Shown here: positions 8,101-19,200 of the stretch, in pieces
Position numbering within the stretch: position 1 is the first letter of the stretch
Layout: each line of letters begins with the position of its first letter
Virus record (IMG/VR): IMGVR_UViG_3300044701_002366
Location: 1-27,705 of that record
Reading direction: 5' to 3' (one strand)
DNA length: 27,705 nucleotides
From: a virus
Taxonomy: Duplodnaviria; Caudoviricetes
Made by a program: the position numbers and the translations under genes
The notes under the pieces: generated by a model
Databases searched by the model: none
What the model was told of the DNA's origin: nothing
What the model saw: the letters and a program-made list of their open reading frames with translations, nothing else

Positions 8101-11100
8101 GCTGAATAATTGGTAAAATTATCTACAAAAAATCCAGATTTAAATCTATTAAATCCATTTTCATCTTCAATCAATAAATTTTGAGTGGATGTTTCTAATA
8201 AAGATAATGTTGTGTAAAATTCTAATTCAGTAACTCTATTTTCAATGCCTCTCAAATCTGACATTGTATATCTTTTGTTATCTTTAAGAACTACTACAAC
8301 TTCATTCCCAGTGTTTATGTCATAGACATATGGGGAACTAATTATAGTAGCTACTTCTAAAGTTTCTGAAGATACTGCTGGTGGAATTGGAGTTTCACTT
8401 GGATCTCCAAAAACAACAGAAAAATTTCCTTCCCTATCTAAAATTAATTTGTCAGTTCTAGGCAAGTAGAAATCATAATCAAAAATAATACTCTCTCCTG
8501 ATGCCAGTATTTGAGATGAATTATTGCCACTAGAATTAAATGATCTTGATGTAAAATCAAAAGGACTTAATTTAGTTTCAATAATATAACTACCAACTCT
8601 AGGTCTGATATCTATAGTATCAGTATTTCTTACACCATTATATGTTGGAATAGACTTTCCATAAATGAAGTTTGGATAGCTATTGACTGAAATTAGATCT
8701 CCAGAATCACTTGGTTCAAAGCTAAAGTAATCAAAATAAACTTTTAATCTACCAAATGGTTCTTTTGAAGATAATTTTCTTACTATTCTGGAATAATCAT
8801 AATATTGCTTTCTTTGTCCATTATCTAAGGTAAATTCATCTAATATATTTTTATCTCCAAACTCTACTATTCCAATAACTGCACTAACCCCGCTTTCTTT
8901 AAATCTTACTGTTTCAGATACTTGGAATGTTTGTTGGGTTTTATAAATTAAATAGATTTGAGTTGATCCCCTTTGTTCTGCATATACTGCTACTGCTCCA
9001 CTAGTTTCACCTACAACTAATTCACCTACTATTAAATCTGATGTTGTGCTACTTGGACTCTCAATTCCAGTTAAAGCTATCCAAGGTATAGTTGGAGATG
9101 AAGTATTAGATGATTCATATATTGCTTGAATTTGAATTACATCAGGAACATTTAAACTAATTTGAGTATCTTCTACTCTTACACCATAGATGCTAGTATA
9201 TCCTAATCCAACATTTTTGGGGGTCGAATATTTTGTCCTATCTATTGTTATTGTAGAACATCTATTTAACTTCTTCTGCTTTGCAGTAACATTAGATTTA
9301 ATTTGAGTAGTTATTACTTTACATGGACCAGATACTGCACTCAAATTAGTAAATTCAGCATTTTTACCACCATTAGATATAGTAAAAGTTGAATTTGATA
9401 AATTTTCAAGTGTGCTATTTGCATTTATTACAATATATCTTTCCTCGTCAAATCCAGAATAAACATAGTCAGTTCCAGAAAGAGATGGTAAAGTTAAAGT
9501 TGTTCCAGATTTAGTAAGACCACTATATTCTTTCTTTACATAAACACTGGAATTTAAAAAGTTTACATTAGAAATATTCGAATTATTTAATTGAGAATAT
9601 AAAGAAGATTCTCCAGCATTAAATATTTGAGGTCTCTTTAAATTTAAAGTTTGTAAGGTATAATTTCCAACTCCAATATTTCCATCACAAACATTAGTTA
9701 CTGTAGAAACTCCAGTTACTGTAATTTTATTTTTTGTGGCAGCAATGGAAACTATCTTGGTAAAAATAGAGTTTGTTGATCCAGAAGTATCATATGAAAT
9801 AATATCCCCAATCTTTAAAATTCCTGCAAATGTATCTCCATTGTTTTTTGTAATAGTTGCTATTCCAGTTGGAGAATAAACTGCAACATCAAAGGGACCA
9901 ATTAATGAAGTATTTTCAGTTAAAATAGTATCACATACAAATCCATTAGAATCTGAGATTGATTTAACATCATTAATAGAATAATCAGTTACAGTTCCAA
10001 TTGAGTTGCTGCTAGTTATTCCATCAAATATTAAAGTTTCATTTTTAGAAAATTTGCCAGATACTTGATATAAAGATAACTGATTGCCAGAAACTGACTT
10101 TACAAATCCAGATGCGCTAGTATTTGCCCCTTCTACATAAGTACCAACTAAAATTGCAGATCCAATTCCAGTTGTTGATACTATATTAGTATAGGTTTGA
10201 ATATCAAAAAGTCTTAGATTAAATTGACTGGATGGATTTTCATAAGATGTATTATTGGATTCAAAATCATAAACTCTAGCAACTCCAATTGTAGTTCCAG
10301 TAGATACTTGATTTTCTAACCTAGAATCATATAATGTTATTATCCCAGTTGTTGTTAAACCTATTCTAGGAGAATTTACTACGTTATTGACTTTTAAAAC
10401 ATCTCCAGCAAAAAAAGTGGTGGATGAAGATTCTACTGACTTTGTAGTTCTTGGCTTTGGATAATCTACAATAGTTTCTACAGTACCTACTTCATACCCT
10501 TTAACATATGATTTCCCTGGAGAAACTCTTAATACTGCAAGATCATCTGATGGAACTGACCCACTGGATGTTTTTTGTCCATCAGAATAAATTCCATTAT
10601 TTCCATATCCATTATTTAAAGATTCTAAAGCATTGACAAAATATCCAGTAATTGAATAGTTACCAGATTCATCAAATGTTCTTCTTGCTAAAACATCAGT
10701 GATAAAGGTTTCTTTAGTGTCTGCTTTAATTTTTCTTACTATTCCATTCTCTACTCTAAACAGCTCTACAAAATTATCATCATTGTAATCATCTACAGAT
10801 TTTTTAGATAATGATAATTTAATAGAAAATCTATCTGCTCCTGGAGCTGCAAAATTAGAAAATCCTTGAGCATTATCATTTAATGATGCATCATCATTAG
10901 AATCATTTATAATTTCAGAAATACTTAATCCCACTCTATAAGTAGGAATATTGGTATATTGGTCTAGTATAATAGTTTCTTTTTCTACACTTACAAAGTA
11001 TCCTCTAATAAAAAATACTCCATCTTCTATTGATGCAGCAGATCCAATTGAGGTTGCAGTTCTTCCAATAGGATCTGCTACACTTGCAACCGATTCACCA

Positions 11101-11594
11101 GCAAAAATAAATCCAGCACCTAGTATTATATCTTCTGTTGTTGTAAGTTCTTCTCCATTTTCAAATATCTCAGTCTGAAAATTATCAGGAGATGAGGTTT
11201 GATATTTTACATATAATGTGCTATTTTCTCTACTAGACTCTGATCTAGACAATACCTTAACTACTTTAGCAGTTACACCTGTAGTAGATCCTCTTATTGT
11301 TTTACCAACTAGTTGATTAAAATATTCCTCTACATCAAGTCCTTTGAATGTATTATTTAATTCTATTGAATTAAATGCAGAATCATAAGAAACTGCTCCA
11401 GGAACTACAACACCACCATTACTAAAAAATTTACTTCCAAATCTTTCAATTTGATTTTGTAAAATTGATTGTAAAGTAGTTAATTCCCTTGTCTGTACTG
11501 TAACACCTGGCTTAAAAAGAACTTTATAATAGTTCTTTGATGCATTGAAGTCGTCATAATATGGACTTCTATTTAAATTTGTACTTTGGGGCAT
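5160..11594 (-). CDS. Large virion structural protein, VrlC-like / DUF4815 family
   Basis: MPQSTNLNRSPYYDDF..KNYYKVLFKPG..VQTRELTTLQSILQNQIE, APGADR, LARRTFDESGNY, RFKSGFFVDNF, DPLAQTF, GTLFKSQNGATW, C-terminal PIIKDLRAIAL. Lies directly after gp8. Confidence 0.85.
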   Translation of the reverse strand: MPQSTNLNRSPYYDDFNASKNYYKVLFKPGVTVQTRELTTLQSILQNQIERFGSKFFSNGGVVVPGAVSYDSAFNSIELNNTFKGLDVEEYFNQLVGKTIRGSTTGVTAKVVKVLSRSESSRENSTLYVKYQTSSPDNFQTEIFENGEELTTTEDIILGAGFIFAGESVASVADPIGRTATSIGSAASIEDGVFFIRGYFVSVEKETIILDQYTNIPTYRVGLSISEIINDSNDDASLNDNAQGFSNFAAPGADRFSIKLSLSKKSVDDYNDDNFVELFRVENGIVRKIKADTKETFITDVLARRTFDESGNYSITGYFVNALESLNNGYGNNGIYSDGQKTSSGSVPSDDLAVLRVSPGKSYVKGYEVGTVETIVDYPKPRTTKSVESSSTTFFAGDVLKVNNVVNSPRIGLTTTGIITLYDSRLENQVSTGTTIGVARVYDFESNNTSYENPSSQFNLRLFDIQTYTNIVSTTGIGSAILVGTYVEGANTSASGFVKSVSGNQLSLYQVSGKFSKNETLIFDGITSSNSIGTVTDYSINDVKSISDSNGFVCDTILTENTSLIGPFDVAVYSPTGIATITKNNGDTFAGILKIGDIISYDTSGSTNSIFTKIVSIAATKNKITVTGVSTVTNVCDGNIGVGNYTLQTLNLKRPQIFNAGESSLYSQLNNSNISNVNFLNSSVYVKKEYSGLTKSGTTLTLPSLSGTDYVYSGFDEERYIVINANSTLENLSNSTFTISNGGKNAEFTNLSAVSGPCKVITTQIKSNVTAKQKKLNRCSTITIDRTKYSTPKNVGLGYTSIYGVRVEDTQISLNVPDVIQIQAIYESSNTSSPTIPWIALTGIESPSSTTSDLIVGELVVGETSGAVAVYAEQRGSTQIYLIYKTQQTFQVSETVRFKESGVSAVIGIVEFGDKNILDEFTLDNGQRKQYYDYSRIVRKLSSKEPFGRLKVYFDYFSFEPSDSGDLISVNSYPNFIYGKSIPTYNGVRNTDTIDIRPRVGSYIIETKLSPFDFTSRSFNSSGNNSSQILASGESIIFDYDFYLPRTDKLILDREGNFSVVFGDPSETPIPPAVSSETLEVATIISSPYVYDINTGNEVVVVLKDNKRYTMSDLRGIENRVTELEFYTTLSLLETSTQNLLIEDENGFNRFKSGFFVDNFTNYSASDTQDPSYSADISNETLKPQKEGNRIDLSLLPSDSEYSIETININDTPSNNIKRTGTTLSLNYSEVKYFEQPFASRTVSVNPYNITTWIGNLKLNPPYDHWAVFVNEDRWIPNWWRRGEIEVAAVLFTRIPYMRARNIKFTATRLKPTTRFNFVFAGLNLSEGSTSVFSKLVEITSVSGSFQVGETIYVTNGVDTCVCRLCAPNHKQGPIDNPTTKYTVNPYSPTVGISTLYGPQSSFLNIDIETLSQPFPSQYWGNIKNGARVYGLTSKATAIIADNRLVTDTNGTVQGSVWIPPNAITSGSVTAKLETSRPLLGVPGEFPSSAETSYFTAGTLVTTVRNIFYDPLAQTFVVDEENGIIPTSVDVFFAQKDFSVPVTLQIRETVNGYPGGSNSIVGGLGGLEKVLMPSEVNTSTNSLTATTFTFDTLVRLEGGKEYAIVLLSDSDAYTVWHSRIGENEISTANQNELDKIIINKQPSLGTLFKSQNGATWVPSPEDDLKFILKRAEFISNSATARFYNAKISTRAQERNLQNNPIVAISTLGESPVNDGRHILVFHQNHGLHAVGSKVEIIGVQSDSLPEKLTVGYGITDTGAISIGNTSIFGTYNGSIVNSTNPGYIKIDDEIIRYEAVTTNQLLNITRSQFSTISLPHDINSLVYKYEFNGVPLTKINATHTVVSSPKPTLDSYYVQVSAGSTFTDIKSGGGSDVYASKNQQFNTLSINEVFVTSFNQTSVSGRIRTISSTSVDGQESSYVDQGFEDIDVNETTVFPTVRMVASKENETDFVNPTEFPGSKSFTLELTLSTQDSKVSPLIDLEQIYVSTEINRINQPVGISSYSTDSRVNSNLNDPHAFVHVSTRIDLQESANSLKVLCAAIRDSDSDFRVLYKIFRNDVADEDQVWQLFPGYLNLDVNARVIDEDDNDGRPDSNVPSSRLGEYRDYSFTADNLPTFTGFQIKIVGSSKSQATTPIIKDLRAIALK

Positions 11595-11598
11595 TTTC

Positions 11599-13140
11599 TT
11601 AGAATTCTAAAACAATTTTAATGTCTTCTCTTTGCTGTGATGCTCTAGTTACTGAAGATCTATTGTCAACATAGATAATCTCACCACTCTTTATATTTAT
11701 GTCTGGGCCAGATAGACCTGATCCAAAACTTTGTCCAAGATAATATGTAACTGATCCAATAGTTACAGAACTTCCAGTAAATGAAGTATCTATTGTATAT
11801 AAATTACTTCCTATTTGAATTGGAGTTGAATTATCAAATTGATTTTGATCATATGTAGTAGAAGATTGAATTCCACTTACACTCTTAGCATAATTATAAT
11901 CTATTGTAACTACATTCCCAGTAACATATGTGTCCATATAGTTAGTTCTTGGTTGAATGTATCTCAGAACTTTTGTTGTTGAATCAAAACTAACTAGATT
12001 TCCTTGAGCACTTGTTGATGCCTGGGTCATTTTAGAGTCTAAAGATTCAGTAACAGTAGATGTATTCAGTTTTGCAGCATATACACCAGATCCAGTACCA
12101 TCAGTAAAATTAGAATTAGATCCAAAAGTTTTGACATTTTTAATTATGCCAACTCTTGAAAATTGATTTCCTATTATAAAATCTGGATTAGTTGAATCAT
12201 TCTCAATTCTACTATAAATTAAAACTCTATTTGATCCCAATTCATTATAAACATCTTTTCCATGTCCTCCAGTTGGAGGAATTATAACATTGAAAATTGC
12301 CTTTTCTCCACTTAAAGGTGGAATTACGGAGTCTAAATCCAATGTTGCATAAGTATAATCAAATCCACCATTGGTAACTTCAACTGCAACAGGTTTAGAT
12401 TCTTCATCGAAGGTTACACTAGCTTCCCCACCAAATCCATCTCCTTTGATTGGAACTCCAGTTAAAGTTCCAAAGAAATTATACTGAGCCTGTTTTTCTA
12501 TTAAAATAGTTTCTATTTTTCCATTAAATGAATTGTCTCTAATTCTAGATATTTCTGCATTAGTGCTAGTTGTCCAATCATTTGGGACACTAATGTAATC
12601 TGTAGAATCAAATTTTAAAACATCTGCAGGATTTAATGTATACAAATATTTCCAAACATATCCATCGCTCTCTTTTCTTGGGGAAACATCTGTGTGAATA
12701 GGTTCCTCAGTAGAAATTACTCCTTTGTTTTCATTGGATGGAGCAGAACCATTATTAATACAAATATATACTCTAAACTCACTATTAATAATAAAATACA
12801 AAGCATCATATAATCTAGTAGCTGAAGTTACTGGAGATGTATTATAAACACTATAGTCGTGTCTATACATATCATACTTTCTTCCACCTATCCATTCATT
12901 TTTTGGAATTACTCTAATTATATCAGAAGCAGTAATCTTTTTAACTCCAAGTATAGTATCTCTATAAGAATTTAAATATAGACCACTATCAATAGGATCA
13001 GGTGGGACATTATCCCAGTTAGAGTCTAGTGAAGAAGCATTAGGAAGACCTAAAAATATGTAATAATTACCACTTTTTACATCATTTATGAAATTAGTGC
13101 AGTTCAGTAATCTTAGATTATCAGTTATAATTGCTGACAT
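11599..13140 (-). CDS. gp8: Baseplate wedge subunit gp8
   Basis: MSAIITDNLR.., RKYDMYRHDYS, FRVYICINNG, DGYVWKYLYT, GEIIYVDNRSSVTRASQQREDIKIVLEF. Confidence 0.92.
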   Translation of the reverse strand: MSAIITDNLRLLNCTNFINDVKSGNYYIFLGLPNASSLDSNWDNVPPDPIDSGLYLNSYRDTILGVKKITASDIIRVIPKNEWIGGRKYDMYRHDYSVYNTSPVTSATRLYDALYFIINSEFRVYICINNGSAPSNENKGVISTEEPIHTDVSPRKESDGYVWKYLYTLNPADVLKFDSTDYISVPNDWTTSTNAEISRIRDNSFNGKIETILIEKQAQYNFFGTLTGVPIKGDGFGGEASVTFDEESKPVAVEVTNGGFDYTYATLDLDSVIPPLSGEKAIFNVIIPPTGGHGKDVYNELGSNRVLIYSRIENDSTNPDFIIGNQFSRVGIIKNVKTFGSNSNFTDGTGSGVYAAKLNTSTVTESLDSKMTQASTSAQGNLVSFDSTTKVLRYIQPRTNYMDTYVTGNVVTIDYNYAKSVSGIQSSTTYDQNQFDNSTPIQIGSNLYTIDTSFTGSSVTIGSVTYYLGQSFGSGLSGPDINIKSGEIIYVDNRSSVTRASQQREDIKIVLEF

Positions 13141-13160
13141 TTGACATTATACTTTATTGT

Positions 13161-13167
13161 TATTTAT
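13161..13167 (-). promoter_or_regulatory. T4-type late promoter core (ATAAATA) upstream of gp8
   Basis: Intergenic ATAAATA 20 nt before the ATG. Confidence 0.7.
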
Positions 13168-16100
13168 TAGTTGATTCTATAAAAAGTTAAAGGAATTGTA
13201 TTGACTCCTGAAGGAGAGCTTGAATATGATGTGCTGCCTTGATAACTACTAGAAATTCCTAGAGGTCCTGGAGATCCTATATTAATATTGCTAGACCCTA
13301 TTGATACAATAGTTATGCCAACTCCAATGTAAGAACCTTCTACATAATCTCCAACCTTAACCAAACTACCAATCCCAGCATTAGTATTAATTCCAATTAT
13401 ATTTGTACCTATTCCATTAAATGTTCCTGGAGTTGTACTAATAGCTACTGTAACTATTCCAACAGTAGTGTTTATGAATAATTTTGATATGCTAGTAATT
13501 CCAGATGTCCATTCTGGTCTGGACTTACTTACTATTTCACCATTAATAATTTTATCTGCAATTTGAGGAGTCCAAGAAATAGATCTAAATTGAGAAGATT
13601 CTTCAGACAATCCAAGGTTGGAATATACTTCTGTTCTTAATGTATCAGAACTTACTACTCTCTTTGCAGTTCTTTCTAATTGTTCAAATGGAGGAGCTTC
13701 AAAAATATCTCTCTGAATTCTTAATTTGTCCCCTTCTTTAACATCAGTTTGACTTTGGAATAAAGTTGCATCCCCAAAATATCCAAAATAAAAATAAACT
13801 TTTACTGTACTTCCTTTTGCTGGTGCTTCAGCAAATATAACTTGAGATCCTCCTGGAAATGTATATGACTTATTAGGTGTCTGTAGAATATCATTCACAA
13901 AAATTAGAAGATTATATGTTAAATCTATTTCAGAACCAGGATCTGACTCTAAACTAGTTCTTCTAATTTGTCCATCTATAGTTTCAGTAAGCACAAATAC
14001 TTTTCTTTTTCCATTTACTCTGTCTGTAAGATCATTTAATTTGTATAGTTGTCCAACATTCCAAGCAGCAAAATCATCTTTAGCTACTTCATTTATAGTA
14101 ATTTTTACCTTATCATCTTGAGTTTGTGTTCCAACTCCAATAGTGCCAGATGGGAATAATACATCCTCTGATTTATAATTATATCCACGATTAGTGAATA
14201 TTAAATCTTTTATTCTTCCTTCTGGATCAATGTCAAATGTAACTGATGCTCCTATTCCAGTAGAAGAACCAGATAATGGCACATTTTCGTATGGAGAAGG
14301 AGCATCAAATTTAGCAAAGTAGAAGAACTCAAATTTTTCTACAGATGCTCCAGAGTTATGAACTGCTCCAACAGTATCAAATTGTCCTCTTACGGTTCCT
14401 GTTAATTGACTGGTTGAGTTATTAATTCCAGTATATTGAATTACTTCATTATCAATTTTGACAAATCCAGGATTTAACAAGTTTACTGGAGATCCCCTAA
14501 ATGATCCAAATATTGATGTTGTTCCAACTCCTATTGGAGTTCCATTTGGGTCTAATTCATTAATTGTAGCAGTTAAAGATGTTGAAAGTCCATTATATTT
14601 GTATCCAGAACCTCCAGTTAAAATGCCAACACTAGAGATTAATCCATCTGGATTTGGAGTTGCAACAGCTAAGGCCCCACTTCCATAACCCTCCCCATCC
14701 TCAAACTCAACATAATAAGTTGTAATTCCAGATCTATAACCAGATCCTGGACTTCCTATAATTACTGATGTTATAGTTCCAGCTGCAGATACTACAGCTA
14801 TTCCTGATGCAGGACGTAGTGGTGAGTAATTCAATCCACTAGAGACTGCATACCCAACTATGATTCCTCCTCTAGGAAGTCCTTTTACATTAACATCATA
14901 AGTTTTAGATGCTGCTGATCCTTTAAAATCTATAAAAGTTTGAGTGGGAGTGCTTCCAATACCAACTTCTCTATAATCAAATGCTTCACTAGATTCTGGA
15001 TATTGAAATACATTGTTAATTAAAACTATTCCATTATCACTTGAAATTCCAACTGTACTTATCCCAGAAACTTTTAATTCAAATGAACTTGATATCCCAG
15101 TAAATTGCTCAGATATATCATCAAATACATAATTTGAATCATAATTTGATCTTAAAAATATTCTTCCTTGAAAACTACTATTCTCTCTTGGAAGAACTAA
15201 GAAAAGTTGAAAATCTTGAACAACAAATTCATTTCCAGTATTAGTAGAAAATTCTATGAAAACACCATTAAATGCATTAACTAAACTTTCTGCAAATTGG
15301 AAAGTATTATTTGCAGATCTAATCAAATAATATATTCCTCCATTTGTAAGTTCTACTGGCGGGTTTTCTGAATAAAATACACATTGAGATCCTGTAATAA
15401 TTTCATCACTAAAATATGAAAATGAATCAGTTTCAAAATCTATACTTCCAACAGGAACAACTATATTAATTCTTCTTCCTTCCAATGGAGCATCTGCAAA
15501 ATAAATAATATCTTTTACTATGTTATAATTTCCAGATAAAACACTTACGTATTCATTTTTTATAGAATCATTAAAAGTAATTTGAGGTGTTCCCATCACA
15601 CCAGTTCCCCTGGAAATGGATACATTATATCCTGGATATGTTCCAGTCTGCAGTTGATAATCAATAGCAGAAATTTTTACTATTTCTGATTTTATTTTTA
15701 AAAATGATCCTAATCTAACATTTTTTAATTTATCTATTCTTAAAGATGTATTAGTATAAGTTGATATTGCTACAGTAGATCCAGTTGAAAGTGGAGATTG
15801 AATTATATTATCTATTGATATTAGAGATTTAGAATTTTGCTTTTCTGCTAATAAAGTATGAACTGTTCCAATTCCTAAGTTATTAATATCTACATAATCT
15901 CCACTTAATGCTAAACTTGCAGCTAATGCAACTCTAATATTATCTTTATCTAAAACTATTGGATAGACAACTGTTGGAAGAAAAGTTCCTATTCCACTAG
16001 ACCAACCTGGACTTAAAGTGCTTATCCCAATAGAAGTTCCAGTTCCACAATTGTATACTAACTTTTCACCAGTTTTAAAAAAGTGATTTATTACTTTTAT

Positions 16101-16244
16101 TCTATCAGAAGATATACCTACGATGCGAAAATCTGACCCATCAAATGTTTTATAAAATATAGGATCTCCCTCATGCCTCAACGGAAAAGAAGTTCTCCCA
16201 TAAATTGAAGGAGTGTAAATGGCACCAATGTCGTTAGCTGGCAT
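13167..16244 (-). CDS. Large virion structural (baseplate-associated) protein
   Basis: 1025-aa G/S/T-rich beta protein between gp7 and gp8. Has repeated modules (DDISEQFTG / NDLTDRVNG..VLINNVFQYP / IFVNDILQTP..FAEAP) and GxGY repeats. Confidence 0.8.
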   Translation of the reverse strand: MPANDIGAIYTPSIYGRTSFPLRHEGDPIFYKTFDGSDFRIVGISSDRIKVINHFFKTGEKLVYNCGTGTSIGISTLSPGWSSGIGTFLPTVVYPIVLDKDNIRVALAASLALSGDYVDINNLGIGTVHTLLAEKQNSKSLISIDNIIQSPLSTGSTVAISTYTNTSLRIDKLKNVRLGSFLKIKSEIVKISAIDYQLQTGTYPGYNVSISRGTGVMGTPQITFNDSIKNEYVSVLSGNYNIVKDIIYFADAPLEGRRINIVVPVGSIDFETDSFSYFSDEIITGSQCVFYSENPPVELTNGGIYYLIRSANNTFQFAESLVNAFNGVFIEFSTNTGNEFVVQDFQLFLVLPRENSSFQGRIFLRSNYDSNYVFDDISEQFTGISSSFELKVSGISTVGISSDNGIVLINNVFQYPESSEAFDYREVGIGSTPTQTFIDFKGSAASKTYDVNVKGLPRGGIIVGYAVSSGLNYSPLRPASGIAVVSAAGTITSVIIGSPGSGYRSGITTYYVEFEDGEGYGSGALAVATPNPDGLISSVGILTGGSGYKYNGLSTSLTATINELDPNGTPIGVGTTSIFGSFRGSPVNLLNPGFVKIDNEVIQYTGINNSTSQLTGTVRGQFDTVGAVHNSGASVEKFEFFYFAKFDAPSPYENVPLSGSSTGIGASVTFDIDPEGRIKDLIFTNRGYNYKSEDVLFPSGTIGVGTQTQDDKVKITINEVAKDDFAAWNVGQLYKLNDLTDRVNGKRKVFVLTETIDGQIRRTSLESDPGSEIDLTYNLLIFVNDILQTPNKSYTFPGGSQVIFAEAPAKGSTVKVYFYFGYFGDATLFQSQTDVKEGDKLRIQRDIFEAPPFEQLERTAKRVVSSDTLRTEVYSNLGLSEESSQFRSISWTPQIADKIINGEIVSKSRPEWTSGITSISKLFINTTVGIVTVAISTTPGTFNGIGTNIIGINTNAGIGSLVKVGDYVEGSYIGVGITIVSIGSSNINIGSPGPLGISSSYQGSTSYSSSPSGVNTIPLTFYRIN

Positions 16245-16253
16245 TTTTAGAAA

Positions 16254-16260
16254 TATTTAT
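16254..16260 (-). promoter_or_regulatory. T4-type late promoter core (ATAAATA)
   Basis: Intergenic ATAAATA 9 nt upstream of the 1025-aa gene start. Confidence 0.6.
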
Positions 16261-16267
16261 TAGGTAA

Positions 16268-19200
16268 TTAAGTATTTGGATTTAGAACGCTCTTTTCAAG
16301 ATATCTAAATCTATAAGTAGCAGAAACAGTGGGATTAAAGGTTAATACATACTCACTAGTTGAGGGATTTAATATTGTTTCAAAATCCAACTCATCTTGT
16401 GGAAAGTCTCCAATTATTCCATAGGTTGTATTATTAGTATATCCTTGGAAATGAAGTGAATTTATTTGAATTAAAGACTTTTGAGTACTTAATCCTACAG
16501 TTTTGGTAGCTTCAATTATGTATTTTGTTGCTGCATATGCAGAACTGACTGTAGAGATTGATACAGGACTTACTCCAGTATATATTACTTGATTACTTCT
16601 AACTCTACTCAGTTCTTTACTTATTTCATTTGGAACATCATAAGTATTAGTTATAAAGTTAAAATTAGTAAATAAAGTCACTCCAATTCCAATTGGTGGG
16701 GTGAATGTAAATTGCACATTTCCAGCACTAGTTGTTATGCCAAATACTCCAAGTTCTTTATATTTTTGTTCTGCAAAAATATTATAATCTATAATATTAT
16801 TTTGATTTTTGACAAAACTTATTTCAAATGCATTTTCAACTTTTTTAGGAGCTGAAGATATGCCTAAAAATACAGACCCAGCAACACAGTTTGATAGAGG
16901 AATGCTGTAAAATACACTAGTAGATGGAGATGGAGTGGATGTATAAATTCCAGTAGACTCTACATTCTTAATATATCCAAAAGAAGTTGTGGCAATACCA
17001 ACAGAAACATTAGCAGTTTCTTTAACTGCTCTAATAGCATAACTATTAAATATATTTCTTGGAATAAAATTAATGATTATTTCATCTCCATTGGTAGGAC
17101 TAAGTGCTCCTTGAATATTTCCTAAAGGAAGAGCAGCTGCCCCACTTGATGTGAAGAAATCATAGTAGTATGCATAAGAAGATAGATTTATAGTATCATT
17201 ATTTCTAGTCACAAATAAATCTAGAACCTGAGGTTTTACAAATTCTCCAAAGAATGAAGCAGTAGTTCCAACAAAGAAGAAATACTTTAATACAATGTTT
17301 TCAGTAGTATCTACTTCATCAACAATAACCTCAACAAATGGAGCATTATCAGTATCAAATAAAGTTGAAATATCATCAATAGGAAGAACTCTATTTTGAG
17401 TTGATAAAATATAATCTGATAATTTTCTAGTTCTAAATTTAATAAATTCAGAATATGCTCCTCCACTTTCATCAATATCTTCTTCAACAACTAAATCAAA
17501 GTTTGAAATAGTATTTACTTGAGAATATGATGTTAATACAACATTAACTGAGGATGTAAAATCAGATTTAACTCTTAGATCATTATTAGTGCTTCCAATT
17601 CCTACTATTTGATTTGACTCAATGCTAAGGTCTGCAAATTTTTTGTAACCTGTAACATGAGATACATCTGAAACTATAGAGTTCCAATCAGTATATGGAA
17701 TTTTGCTCTTGAGAGAATATGAAAACTTTTGATAATAATCATTATCTGGTAATTTTTGAAGAATGCTTGATAAATTACCTCTAAAGTCTTTCCACCCAAT
17801 TGTTTCTGGAACACTAGAATCTATTGTAAATAATGCAGGAAAATCACTTATATCTGATATAGTTCCCTTTGATTTTGACGATACCCCAGTAACAGAATCT
17901 CCAACAGATAAACCTGCAGACTTATGGAGCTTCAGTATCCTAGTAATTTTATCATTATCTGGATTATCAATAATTTCAACTTCATCAGTTAAAAATTCTG
18001 AATTATAAAATTGACTTTCCTCTAAAATGGGAGTAATTTTGGTAACATCTGAATACTTTATAACTGATGCATTAAATGTAAGATCTTCATTAAAGATTCC
18101 TGGGAATTCATTTACTTCATACCTAACCAAAGCAGCATCTTGAGAATTAAATGCTTGATCTACAAATACTACCTTAAATGGAACATACTTAAAATCTTTG
18201 CTATTAAATCCTACTCCAGAAGTGCTAACTATATTTTCAACTAATATTTCATCACCAACTTCTATTGGCAGTGGAGATTCAGTTGTAAATCCTACTAAGG
18301 GAGTTTCTAATGTTAATGTTACTTGGTATGGATCTATTCCAGCAACAGAAGCTGATAATATTCTAATACCATTGCTATTATCTAATACTAAAATTTCATC
18401 ATCAGTAGATTTTAAATTTGATCCTGAATTTAATATTTTAACTTCATTTATTGAAGTATTTTTTAGTACAGCAATTGCAGTAAATTCTTCTTTAATTAAA
18501 TCTTCTGTTCTGTTGTATAATTTTAAAGTTGGAGCAGTTAAATATTTTGAACCAGGAGATGTTACTATACAGTCAATAACTTCATAGTTATTTGTTAATT
18601 TTATTGTAGAAAATACATTTGAAACTGGTCTTAGTGTAGTATCTGATGGAAAAATAGATTGTGTATTTGTAACTTTAGCATTTTTAAGTTTTCCTATAGT
18701 ATTGCTAAATGCAAATAAATTAGCACCAGATCCTTCCTTTGTTATTATTTGCTTAATTAATGGAAGTTTTTTATAATTAGACCCATTAAATAGGACTTTT
18801 ACTTTTGCTATTGGACCTTTTATATTTGGTGATTTTACATTATACTTTAATGTTGATAATGTATTTGTATATTTTTGTCTTTCTGGTTGAATTGCAACAT
18901 CATATTCAAATGTATAATCAGTAGTAGTAATTACAGAAGAATCTGTATTGAATAGACTATTATTTACTATTATTTTATTATAGTCCTTTAGAGATATATC
19001 TGGATAAATTTCATCATCAGAGGTAATATTTTTTAAATTATAGTAAAGAATTTTTGGAGTAAATTCACTAATGTTCAGTCTAAGTTCTGAAGCAGTTTTA
19101 ATAACTTCTAATCCATTTTCTTCATTACCAAAATATTCATTATTAAATGAATTATTTGTGTAAATTCCAAATTCTTTTCCACTTAAACTTAATGACGAAA

